Shown: positions 20,808 through 29,478 of the stretch, piece by piece | Layout: every line of letters starts with the position of its first letter | Numbering within the stretch: the first letter of the stretch is position 1 | From: a bacterium | Lineage (GTDB): Bacteria > Zhuqueibacterota > Zhuqueibacteria > Residuimicrobiales > Krinioviventaceae | Direction of reading: 5' to 3' | Length of the DNA stretch: 64,000 bases | NCBI GenBank assembly: GCA_963675755.2 | Contig: CAXXMD010000002.1 | Span: 1,792,001-1,856,000 of the forward strand | The notes under the pieces: model-generated | What the model saw: only the letters and a program-made list of their open reading frames with translations | Told to the model about the DNA's origin: nothing | Database searches by the model: none | Translations under genes and position numbers: made by a program

Positions 20808-21402
20808 CACAGGAACAGAAACGACTGAAAAGAATAAACGTCCCAAAACCCGGTACAAAATCGAACAAGATGCAGATGGATTCAGAATTGTTATTCCTGC
20901 AAAAAAATACCCTCTATTATTTATTTTTACCATCAGCGTTCTTCTGATACTGTTATATTGTCCGGTTACACTTGTTAGGGGTACTGAAAGCTTGACAGAA
21001 AATCAATATCAAAACTTTTTAATTATCCTGTTATGGTCAAGCGCAATATTATATACAGCCATAAGAGTTCTTTGGTACTTGTTCGGGCGGGAGATTATAA
21101 AAATCCATTTTGATTATTTAACTGTTATGAATAAATTATTCATCTGTTACAGTTCAAATAAATATTTATTACAAAACATCAAAAATATGAAAATATCTCA
21201 AAAAATCATCAAAATCGACTATGCTCATGATTTTTGGAAATATGCATTTGAAGAAGAAATACAACATTACATTGAATTCGAGTACAAAGATAAATCAATT
21301 TTATTGGGACTAGAGTTAACAGACAATGAAATAGATCCGTTTTTAAAAGAAATCAGTGCAAGATATCCCAATCTAGTAGATATAAAATGGCACAGACATT
21401 AA
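20800..21402 (+). CDS. Uncharacterised membrane protein, array paralogue C
   Basis: RYKIEQ...IPAKK...LWYLFGREII...IKNMKIS...FEYKDK; GGAG RBS; overlaps B by 8 nt. Confidence 0.8.
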   Translation: MINTGTETTEKNKRPKTRYKIEQDADGFRIVIPAKKYPLLFIFTISVLLILLYCPVTLVRGTESLTENQYQNFLIILLWSSAILYTAIRVLWYLFGREIIKIHFDYLTVMNKLFICYSSNKYLLQNIKNMKISQKIIKIDYAHDFWKYAFEEEIQHYIEFEYKDKSILLGLELTDNEIDPFLKEISARYPNLVDIKWHRH

Positions 21403-21465
21403 ATTAAATAATTGATATCAACATTACTCATTACAATATGCCAGATACAAGACTGAACGAAAAAA

Positions 21466-21522
21466 TTTACTCCGTCCGAAACAGGAGTTTCGGACGGAAA
21501 TGAAAGGATAAACTCTGTTTAT
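21466..21522. repeat. Bipartite REP, left flank of RAYT
   Basis: TTTAC-TCCGTCCGAAACAGGAGTTTCGGACGGA followed by ATAAACTCTGTTTAT. Confidence 0.85.
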
Positions 21523-21558
21523 CCCTTTCAATAAAATAAAGTAAATGGGGGAAAATCA

Positions 21559-22104
21559 ATGAGAAGCAGATATAAATTCAATGAATCTGAAGGAATGTAT
21601 TTTGTAACTTCCACTATAGTAGAATGGATTCCCATATTTACATCTCTTCCCTATTTCAATATAATAATAGATTCATTGAATTATTGCATTACTCATAAAA
21701 ATCTCTTATTATTTGCATATGTTATAATGGATAATCATCTACATTTGATAGTACAGGGTGAAAATATAGATAAAACCTTACAATCATTCAAAATGTACAC
21801 TGCTACACAAATCATAAAACAACTCGAAATAGACAATAAACACTGGCTTTTAAATGAATTAAAGTTCAACAAACTCAAACATAAAAGCAAAAGTACTTTT
21901 CAGGTTTGGCAGGAAAGCAGCCATCCACAACAAATTGATCATTACGATATGATGGTACAGAAATTAGAATATATTCACAACAATCCGGTCAAACGCGGAT
22001 TTGTTGAACAACCTGAACACTGGTGTTTCAGCTCTGCCAGAAATTATATTTTAAATATGAATGATATTATCAAAATTGAATTGCTTGATTTGTATTATAC
22101 ATAA
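21559..22104 (+). mobile_element. rayT: REP-associated tyrosine transposase (RAYT, IS200/Y1 HUH family)
   Basis: YFVTSTIVEWIPIF, AYVIMDNHLH (HUH), WQ, YIHNNPVKRG, W.FSS; flanked by inverted palindromic repeats. Confidence 0.92.
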
Positions 22105-22157
22105 ACAGAGTTTATGTGATCAATTCCGTCCCAAACTGGAGTTTGGGACGGAGTAAA
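22101..22157. repeat. Bipartite REP, right flank of RAYT (inverted relative to the left)
   Basis: ATAAACAGAGTTTAT...TTCCGTCCCAAACTGGAGTTTGGGACGGA-GTAAA. Confidence 0.85.
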
Positions 22158-22198
22158 AATTATTGGATGGGATAGCGTTTTAGGGAACCAACAAAACA

Positions 22199-22361
22199 TT
22201 ACTCGTACCCAAACTCCTGTTTGGGTACGCAATGACTAGATAAACTCTGTTTATCACTTTAAAAATCTAAAAGAGAAAAAAAGTGCTTGATGAGTATTTC
22301 ACATAAACAGAGTTTATATGATCAGTTCCGTCCGATCCGCCAGTTGGCGGATGGGACGGAG
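22199..22361. repeat. REPIN-like non-autonomous pair of the same bipartite REP
   Basis: TTACTCGTACCCAAACTCCTGTTTGGGTACG + ATAAACTCTGTTTAT facing ATAAACAGAGTTTAT + TTCCGTCC...GGGACGGA. Confidence 0.8.
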
Positions 22362-22395
22362 CATCAGGATAGAGTATTAAGGAAACCAACAAAAC

Positions 22396-22950
22396 ATGAT
22401 AAAAAAACCTAAATACACACTGGAAGAAGGCCCGCAGGGGATTGAAATATCAATACCAATCTACAAAGAACCCCGGGATATTATTATTCAAATTATTCAT
22501 CTGAGTGTTTTAATGTACTGTGATATTGTATTATTACTAAATCCTGAAATTGAAATCTCGTTTGATAATGTTTTCACTCTCTTTCCCTTTATTATTATTT
22601 TATTTTATATTATCTGCATCATATTACTGATTGGAATAATTTGGAGATTCATTGGTAAAGAGTTTATCATTATATACCAGGACCAACTGATCATAGAAAA
22701 CAGTTTATGGAGTTATCTCTTTTCAAAAAAATATATTTTGCATAAAGTTAAAAATATGAAAATCTCCCAAAAACCACAAACTCTGTGGCGATTTCCATTT
22801 CTCCAATTTTACAGGCATATAGAAACAAAATGCTTGGAATTTGACTATTACTATAGCAAAGTAACATTTGCAGACGGTTTGGATATTAGAAACCAGAAAA
22901 ATCTATTAAAGGAAATTAAAAACAGGTTCCCGGACCTGGTACAACAATAA
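22396..22950 (+). CDS. Uncharacterised membrane protein, array paralogue D
   Basis: KPKY.LE.G..GIEISIP...IWRFIGKEFI...VKNMKIS...CLEFDY...LKEIKNRFPDLV. Confidence 0.8.
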   Translation: MIKKPKYTLEEGPQGIEISIPIYKEPRDIIIQIIHLSVLMYCDIVLLLNPEIEISFDNVFTLFPFIIILFYIICIILLIGIIWRFIGKEFIIIYQDQLIIENSLWSYLFSKKYILHKVKNMKISQKPQTLWRFPFLQFYRHIETKCLEFDYYYSKVTFADGLDIRNQKNLLKEIKNRFPDLVQQ

Positions 22951-22965
22951 AAAAAAGGTGAAAAA

Positions 22966-24063
22966 ATGCAAGTAAACAAGCTCAATTCATTTCTGATCAC
23001 TACAATCATCATCTCTGTTCTGGTAACATGCCCGCTCTGGGGACAACCAAAGAGAGATTTTACAAAATATGACCTGCTGACCCTGGCCCATCCTGCCGTC
23101 ATGGTAAACGGGCTTCCGGGTTGGGACGCGGACAAGAAACTCTACCGTCTGCCACTAAAGATGGAAGGCAACATCCGGGACAAACTGTGGAATCTGGGTA
23201 CCCAGCCATCGGGCGGGCGTGTACGCTTTCACAGTACCACTACTGTGCTGGGCATTGTTGCGCATGGCAACGGTCCTGCTACTCCCCATCACATGACCAG
23301 CATTATGAAAAACGGCATAGATGTATATGTGAATGACCAGTACGCCGGCAGCGCCTGGCCGGACAAAACAGGCAAGGTCACAAGGCTTATTTATCTCCAT
23401 CCGGATGAACCAGAGAATGATATAACCATTTATCTGCCTCTTTACGGTACTATTGAAATCGACAGCATCTTTGTGGACAAGGGAGCTGAAATCTCTGCCC
23501 CTACCGATCTCAAGGACAAGCCGCCCATTATCTATTACGGCTCCAGCATTACCCAGGGTGGATGCGCGTCTAATCCCGGCGCCAGCTATCAGGCGTTTAT
23601 TGGCCGTGAAAACCATATCGATTTTATCAATTTGGGATTCAGTGGAAACGGCATTGGCGATATCGAGATTGCACAATTTATCAGCGAGTTGGATGCCTCT
23701 ATGATCGTTCTGGACCACTGGGCCAATCCCAAACTGGATGTCTACAAAAAGACCATGGCGCCCTTTGTTGAGGCCATTCGATCAACACACAAGGAAACGC
23801 CAATACTATTGATCAGTCCTTTTTTCAGCACACACGATGATTCGATACACGCAGGCAAACGTGAATTTGCCATGGAATTTGTAGAATCCGCTCGTGCTGC
23901 CGGAGATAAAAACATTTACTTTTTTGATGGCACCAACATGTTTTCAAAAGAACATGCCTACGGCGCAGTAGATGGAGAGCACCTCAATTCTCTGGGATTC
24001 TGGTTTTGCGCGCAGGGTCTGGCACCGGAGATTGACAGGATATTGGCGATAAAACCGGAATAA
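22966..24063 (+). CDS. Secreted SGNH/GDSL-family hydrolase (esterase)
   Basis: YGSSITQG, INLGFSGNG, DGEHLN; N-terminal domain with IYLPLY; signal peptide. Confidence 0.88.
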   Translation: MQVNKLNSFLITTIIISVLVTCPLWGQPKRDFTKYDLLTLAHPAVMVNGLPGWDADKKLYRLPLKMEGNIRDKLWNLGTQPSGGRVRFHSTTTVLGIVAHGNGPATPHHMTSIMKNGIDVYVNDQYAGSAWPDKTGKVTRLIYLHPDEPENDITIYLPLYGTIEIDSIFVDKGAEISAPTDLKDKPPIIYYGSSITQGGCASNPGASYQAFIGRENHIDFINLGFSGNGIGDIEIAQFISELDASMIVLDHWANPKLDVYKKTMAPFVEAIRSTHKETPILLISPFFSTHDDSIHAGKREFAMEFVESARAAGDKNIYFFDGTNMFSKEHAYGAVDGEHLNSLGFWFCAQGLAPEIDRILAIKPE

Positions 24064-24093
24064 ATAGATTGATCGGATGTCCTTTTAAAGACA

Positions 24094-24237
24094 AAACGCA
24101 GAGGCAGCAGAGACAACGCAGAGCGCAATGAAAAACAAATTCTCCTGAAAAAGGATCAAACCGAAATTATCATTATAAAAGCCATCAATGGATTCAAAAG
24201 AAAATCAATCCAGCTATGAACCTTCTTCCTCTGCGTT
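24094..24237 (+). pseudogene. Probable internally deleted GxxExxY-type gene remnant with flanking repeats
   Basis: AACGCAGAG twice upstream and inverted CTCTGCGTT downstream; open frame KRRGSRDNAERNEKQILLKKDQTEIII-IKAINGFKRKSIQL*. Confidence 0.45.
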
Positions 24238-24368
24238 TTGCTTTCTAGTATGGAATTCGAATTACCACTAACAAATCCTACAAAAACTAAAATCTTAAAT
24301 TATCATTTTTCCCTTGCATTGCATCCATCTCCTCAATATCTTGAAATAACCAACCAGGAGGAGTTATC

Positions 24369-24854
24369 ATGTCAAGATTTATCAGTTTTATTGTTATTTC
24401 TCTATTCATCCTTCCCCTCAGTCTATTGGCAGCCGATAAAGGTACAGAATTCAACGGTACCTGGAACATTAACAAAGATAAAAGCAATCTACCCGCAGAA
24501 CAGATGTACATGAACAAAATCAAGATCGACATAAACAATGACAGCCTGCACACCACCCGCACCTATTACAACAATTGGGAAGAATATCCCTTTGACGAAA
24601 GCGTAAAAATTGGTGGACCGGAAGTTAAACATTACATTTATGATATGCCCAGAACAGCTAAAGCATATTGGGCAAACGACAACTTTTTGACCATAGAATC
24701 CACTACAACATTTTATGGTGACAACGGAGAGTTTAATTTCATTAATACAGAAACATGGTCTATCGATGACGATAATGATTTGGCAATCAGCTTTAAAAAC
24801 AACTCTCCCCGAGGTGACAGCACAGGTACCTGGTATTATCAAAAATCACAATAA
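24369..24854 (+). CDS. Secreted hypothetical protein, possibly a lipocalin-like beta-barrel
   Basis: Signal peptide; FNGTWNINKDKS; AGGAGGAG RBS. Confidence 0.75.
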   Translation: MSRFISFIVISLFILPLSLLAADKGTEFNGTWNINKDKSNLPAEQMYMNKIKIDINNDSLHTTRTYYNNWEEYPFDESVKIGGPEVKHYIYDMPRTAKAYWANDNFLTIESTTTFYGDNGEFNFINTETWSIDDDNDLAISFKNNSPRGDSTGTWYYQKSQ

Positions 24855-24920
24855 TTTATTTAAATGGAACATATAGGTGTTAAATTTATTAAATATAGCA
24901 GACAAACTGCGGAGTTGAAA

Positions 24921-25691
24921 ATGAATAAAAAAATGATAACAACTGCAGGTATGCTACTCTTTTTTATTATAGCATCAGCCTGGGGACAGGAATTTACTGT
25001 GGAAGCAGTATCAAACGAGACAGCAGATGCTCTGGATATTGAAGCCGTTGCAGACCTGTTTGCCGAAACCGAGAGCCTGGAGGATTTTGAACTGGCTCTG
25101 AATGATGCCGACCGGGGCATTAACAATCTGGATCTGGACGATGACGGATATGTGGATTATCTTGTAGTCAATGAAGAGGTAAATGACAACACCCACCTTG
25201 TAGTAATACAAGCACTTTTGGGAGAGAATGAAATTCAGGATGTTGCAGTCATTGAAATTGAACAAACCGGTGAAAATGAATACAACATGTATGTACAGGG
25301 AGATGAAACCTTGTACGGACCTGATTTTTATTACATCCCGGCTACTACCCATATTTACACGTGGCCAATCGTAATCAGATTGTACAGACCTGCTTATAAA
25401 CCATATCGCACAGTTTATTATTATGGACATTATCACCCAACATGGAAAGCCTACAAGCCTGTTCCCCCTAGAGCTTATCATATGAAAACAGCGAAAATAA
25501 AAAGGCATGTATTTGTAAGACACAATGCCAAGGTCATTCATACAAATAAAATCAAACGTGAGGTCAAAAGATCGGAAAGAGTTAAAGCACAGAAAACAGT
25601 CCGGGCTGAAAAACCGGTAAAAACAAGAACCAAATCAACTCCCAAATCACCATCCACACCTCAAAAACAGCGCGATACCAACAGACGATAA
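24921..25691 (+). CDS. Secreted conserved hypothetical protein with EF-hand-like loop and basic tail
   Basis: LDIEAVADLF...INNLDLDDDGYVDYL; Tyr/Pro-rich then Lys/Arg-rich C-terminus; GGAG RBS. Confidence 0.78.
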   Translation: MNKKMITTAGMLLFFIIASAWGQEFTVEAVSNETADALDIEAVADLFAETESLEDFELALNDADRGINNLDLDDDGYVDYLVVNEEVNDNTHLVVIQALLGENEIQDVAVIEIEQTGENEYNMYVQGDETLYGPDFYYIPATTHIYTWPIVIRLYRPAYKPYRTVYYYGHYHPTWKAYKPVPPRAYHMKTAKIKRHVFVRHNAKVIHTNKIKREVKRSERVKAQKTVRAEKPVKTRTKSTPKSPSTPQKQRDTNRR

Positions 25692-25709
25692 CCGGATTTC
25701 GTTATCAGA

Positions 25710-27347
25710 ATGCGAATTTTAAATCACAATATATTCCTGTTGCTGCTCAGCATGCTATCCACATTGCGGGCAGCAACATTTATCGTTGACACGCAACACC
25801 CTCAAGCGGATGATACAAATCCCGGTACGCTTTTGCTTCCCTGGACTACTATTTCTCATGCTGCTGAAACCGCAGTTGCAGGAGATTCGGTTTTGATACG
25901 TTCCGGCACCTATCATGAGCATATTGTTTTTGCGAACAACGGCTCTGTGGAAAACGGTTCCATCGTTTTTTCCGGATTTCAGAACGAGATCCCACTCATT
26001 GACGGAACTGATGTTCAGGAATCACAAAACGGCATCATAATTGACAAGGATTATATTGTGCTTCAGGGACTGGAGATTCAAAACTGGCAGGGTAACGGCA
26101 TCTGGATTACCAACGCCGCAAATACAATACTGAATGACTGCGAAGTGCATGATATAACGTTTGGTATAGGCGTGTCTGATGGATCACACGATTTTCAGTT
26201 CAACCGGGTTGAGGCGCACCATTTTACTTTTTACGGATTTGATGTCTCTCCTTCCGGTGGTGCGGACTGTTACAATGGCACATTTAACAACTGTATTTCG
26301 CACACCGGTAACGATCCCGAGCAGAATGTAGACGGATTTGCCCTTGGGCATGGATCTCAACATCATTTCACCTTTAACCACTGCATTACCTATGACGTGT
26401 ATGACGGTTTTGATATCAGTTCCGGGCAATCCACGTTAAATGCATGCCTGGCTTATAACTGTGGTAATGGTTGCTATAAATTGTGGCAGGACCAGCTAGA
26501 GCTTATCAACTGCATCGGATTCAATGGCAATATCACTGTGGTGGAACTGGACTGGGACGGTGAACCGGGCAAGAGTTTGCTTACCAATTGTACTTTTTAC
26601 AACAGCGGCACATTTACCATTTGGATCGAAAACGCGGCAGATACTTTAAACATGCACAATTGCATTATTGCCGGTGGAGATAACATCGGGCTGGCATTTG
26701 AACAGCCGGGCATTGGCAATTATATTGGGGATTATAATCTGTTCCAGAATGATAATCCCTCTCGCGCCATTGCTGTTGCGTATTCGGACGAGTTTAGTAT
26801 CAACCAATTGGCAGATGGAGCCTGGAACAGCTATAGCGGTCAGGATGCCCATTCACTCACCACGGAAATGGATACAGACATATTTATAGCCTCGGCAGGC
26901 AATGATCTGCATTTAACGGCAAACTCTCCCGCTCTTGATAGCGGAACCTCTGTGGGTGCACCGGCAATCGATTTTGATGGAAAAGCCCGTCCCGCAGGAA
27001 ACGGATACGATATGGGAGCATTCGAGTATGGCTTGTCAACCGGAATAAAAAAAACAGATAATACTACAGACCATTTTGGCCTGCGTGGTAATTTTCCCAA
27101 TCCCTTTAACGCGACTACCCGGATCCAATTTAACCTGCCCAAGTCGAAACAGGTACAATTGAACCTATACAACATTCAGGGCAACAAAGTCAGAACGTTA
27201 ATCAATAAGCAGCTCACCGCCGGGCAGCATACAATTCAGTGGAATGGGCTGGACGATCAGGGGAACCCCGTTGCAAGCGGAATTTATTTCTGTAAACTCG
27301 AATGGGCCAAGGAACAACAGGTTATCAGGATGATACTTGAAAAGTGA
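25710..27347 (+). CDS. Secreted right-handed parallel beta-helix protein with choice-of-anchor-Q-like motif and sorting domain
   Basis: PWTTISHAA...AGDSVLIRSGTY; LHLTANSPALDSG...DFDGKARP...DMGAFEY; NFPNPFNATT. Confidence 0.85.
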   Translation: MRILNHNIFLLLLSMLSTLRAATFIVDTQHPQADDTNPGTLLLPWTTISHAAETAVAGDSVLIRSGTYHEHIVFANNGSVENGSIVFSGFQNEIPLIDGTDVQESQNGIIIDKDYIVLQGLEIQNWQGNGIWITNAANTILNDCEVHDITFGIGVSDGSHDFQFNRVEAHHFTFYGFDVSPSGGADCYNGTFNNCISHTGNDPEQNVDGFALGHGSQHHFTFNHCITYDVYDGFDISSGQSTLNACLAYNCGNGCYKLWQDQLELINCIGFNGNITVVELDWDGEPGKSLLTNCTFYNSGTFTIWIENAADTLNMHNCIIAGGDNIGLAFEQPGIGNYIGDYNLFQNDNPSRAIAVAYSDEFSINQLADGAWNSYSGQDAHSLTTEMDTDIFIASAGNDLHLTANSPALDSGTSVGAPAIDFDGKARPAGNGYDMGAFEYGLSTGIKKTDNTTDHFGLRGNFPNPFNATTRIQFNLPKSKQVQLNLYNIQGNKVRTLINKQLTAGQHTIQWNGLDDQGNPVASGIYFCKLEWAKEQQVIRMILEK

Positions 27348-27353
27348 GACCAT

Positions 27354-27384
27354 GCTGATAGCTATTAGCTAAAAGCTATCAGCT
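27354..27384. repeat. Heptamer tandem array GCTnnnA x4
   Basis: GCTGATA GCTATTA GCTAAAA GCTATCA; a second array CTGnnnA x4 lies at 27496-27524. Confidence 0.65.
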
Positions 27385-27456
27385 TTTAACAAATTCCCAG
27401 CCTTCAGTTTTAATAACTTGTAATATTCATCAATCATTTTCATTATAAATTTAAAT

Positions 27457-27484
27457 AAAAAAAGCCCGGCATCTCTACCGGGCT
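27457..27484 (-). terminator. Intrinsic terminator of the ECF operon
   Basis: AGCCCGG-N7-CCGGGCT with a U-tract on the minus strand. Confidence 0.75.
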
Positions 27485-27528
27485 AATATAATTGTCTGAT
27501 TACTGAGTACTGAAAACTGATCACCTGC

Positions 27529-28119
27529 CTACCATCTCAATGAATCTGTTTCTCCCAGCAGTTCGTTCAAGCGTCGTTCAATAATCAGGGTCTTTTGCTC
27601 TTTGCGTTCCGAAACCATTTCACGGAGTTTGGTCAGTTCTTTTTCCAGACGTTCAATTTTACGTTCTTTGTCTGCTTCACGCAGAACAAACAACTCGTTT
27701 AAAAGACCCTGCAATTCCGAACGGATTTCTTTTTTGCGCGTATCGTCTTCACTTTTACGGAATTCGCGGGACAGTGTACGGCACTGTTTTTCAAGCTCGC
27801 TCTTGCGCTTTTGCTCTTCGTATTGCTCAGGATCGCGTTCTTTGAGCAGGTTCCATCTGTTCATTTCATTTTCCAGCCTGAACAGTTCCAGTTCATAACG
27901 TTCGGGACGGCGTTCCCGCAACAGCATGAGTTCATCATACATGTCTTCACTTTCTTTGGCATATTCCAGCACTTCATCCTCGTTAACCTCAATCTCCCGA
28001 ACCTTGTCTGCTGATTTTACTTTTTCTTTAACTTTTACCGGTTCGGGTTGCGGCTGTGCAAAGACGAGAGAAACAGAAAGCAAAGCCAGCATTGTCCCTA
28101 AAATTAATGTTTTTTTCAT
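27529..28119 (-). CDS. Periplasmic coiled-coil protein (Spy/CpxP-like accessory of the ECF operon)
   Basis: Signal peptide, E/K/R-rich helical body, AGGAG RBS, third gene of the sigma/anti-sigma operon. Confidence 0.75.
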   Translation of the reverse strand: MKKTLILGTMLALLSVSLVFAQPQPEPVKVKEKVKSADKVREIEVNEDEVLEYAKESEDMYDELMLLRERRPERYELELFRLENEMNRWNLLKERDPEQYEEQKRKSELEKQCRTLSREFRKSEDDTRKKEIRSELQGLLNELFVLREADKERKIERLEKELTKLREMVSERKEQKTLIIERRLNELLGETDSLRW

Positions 28120-28139
28120 GGTGTTCTCCTGTATGTTAT

Positions 28140-28742
28140 TTAAAATGATGTTAACGATAATTCACGAGACAGATTATAAATCTCTTGTTCTATCCGGTCC
28201 AGTTGCTGTTCGGTTTGAGATTTTACAATGCCCAGAACCAAATCTCCATAATCATCCAGTTCCTGATCCGCATTGGGTACCTGAATATCATCAATCTGAT
28301 CTTCCAGATATTCCAGAGAATCGTCTACCCCGGTGTTCCAGGCAAGAGTATTTATCCCTGAATTTGGATTTAAATCCGAATCCGGTACAGGACTCCAAAC
28401 CGCAAACAAGATGATCACAACAGCCAAGCCAGCAAGTGCCGGTGACCATACCGGGTGCAACCCGGCAGTACGGAGTTTAGATAAAAGTTGATATAAAAAA
28501 CTTTGCTGTTTAATATGTGGCTGTACTGTGGGTGCACTATCAACCAATACACGGATGTGATTTTCATCTATGGATTCCGGTTCCAATGACCGATATGTAC
28601 CCAATGTTTCCTTTAATTCATCTACTGCACGCTGGCAGGATTTACATGTTTCAAGGTGTTCCTGAAACGCAAAACGCTCATTATCATCCAGTTCTTTATA
28701 AACATAAAGTAATGGATACTCTTTAATATATTTACAAGACAT
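28140..28742 (-). CDS. Zinc-finger (zf-HC2) transmembrane anti-sigma factor
   Basis: C...HLETCKSC (HxxxCxxC); single TM; overlaps the sigma stop codon. Confidence 0.87.
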   Translation of the reverse strand: MSCKYIKEYPLLYVYKELDDNERFAFQEHLETCKSCQRAVDELKETLGTYRSLEPESIDENHIRVLVDSAPTVQPHIKQQSFLYQLLSKLRTAGLHPVWSPALAGLAVVIILFAVWSPVPDSDLNPNSGINTLAWNTGVDDSLEYLEDQIDDIQVPNADQELDDYGDLVLGIVKSQTEQQLDRIEQEIYNLSRELSLTSF

Positions 28743-29337
28743 CTTGAACCTCAACGCCTAAATTTTGTTGCAAATGTTCACGAAGGTGCTGCATGGCATA
28801 CCGCATTCGTCCTAAAACCGTATTCACTGAACAATGATGAATTTCAGCAATTTCTTTGAATGATAATCCACTGTGCTCTCGCATCAAATAAACTTCTCTC
28901 AGCTTTGTGGGAAGCGCCAGCACCGCTTTTTCAATCCATTCTTTTTGTTCCTGTTTTTCAAGCACCTGCAATGGAGTATCATCTGAAACCGCGGAGCGGT
29001 TTTCCAAATCCTCCTGTTCATTAGATTCAACGTCCATATACTTGAATCGTGTTTTCTGTTTTCGCAAAGAATCGATCACTGCATTGCGAGCGATTCGAAA
29101 TAACCATCCCTGAAAATTTCCTCTGTCGCGATAGTTCGCAAGATCATCAATAACTCTTACAAAAACATCCTGAGTAATATCTACTGACGTTTCCCGGTTT
29201 CCGCACATACGCAAGACATAGGTAAATACCGAAGCATAATAACGTCTCACCAGGCAATCCAGTGCCGGTTTTGATCCATTCCTATACTGTTCAATCAATA
29301 TAGAATCCGTTGAAATTTCCAGGTTGTGTTTTTCCAT
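28732..29337 (-). CDS. ECF RNA polymerase sigma-70 factor
   Basis: DITQDVFVRV, FQGWLFRIARNAVIDSLRK, GLSFKEIAEI...NTVLGRMRYA. Confidence 0.95.
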   Translation of the reverse strand: MEKHNLEISTDSILIEQYRNGSKPALDCLVRRYYASVFTYVLRMCGNRETSVDITQDVFVRVIDDLANYRDRGNFQGWLFRIARNAVIDSLRKQKTRFKYMDVESNEQEDLENRSAVSDDTPLQVLEKQEQKEWIEKAVLALPTKLREVYLMREHSGLSFKEIAEIHHCSVNTVLGRMRYAMQHLREHLQQNLGVEVQDVL

Positions 29338-29478
29338 CTAATAATATAAACGTACTATCGTTAAATTTATTATGTAAAATTTTCGTTTTTTAAAAAAAAA
29401 TTTGTATATTCTTGCGCCTTGGAACAGTATAGAATATTATAAAAAATCCATTATCCATAATCAAGAAAAGGATAGTAA

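Noticed and set aside
18530-22950. Integron cassette array
   Set aside because: No integron integrase, genes overlap or abut, and I found no attC-like sites between them.
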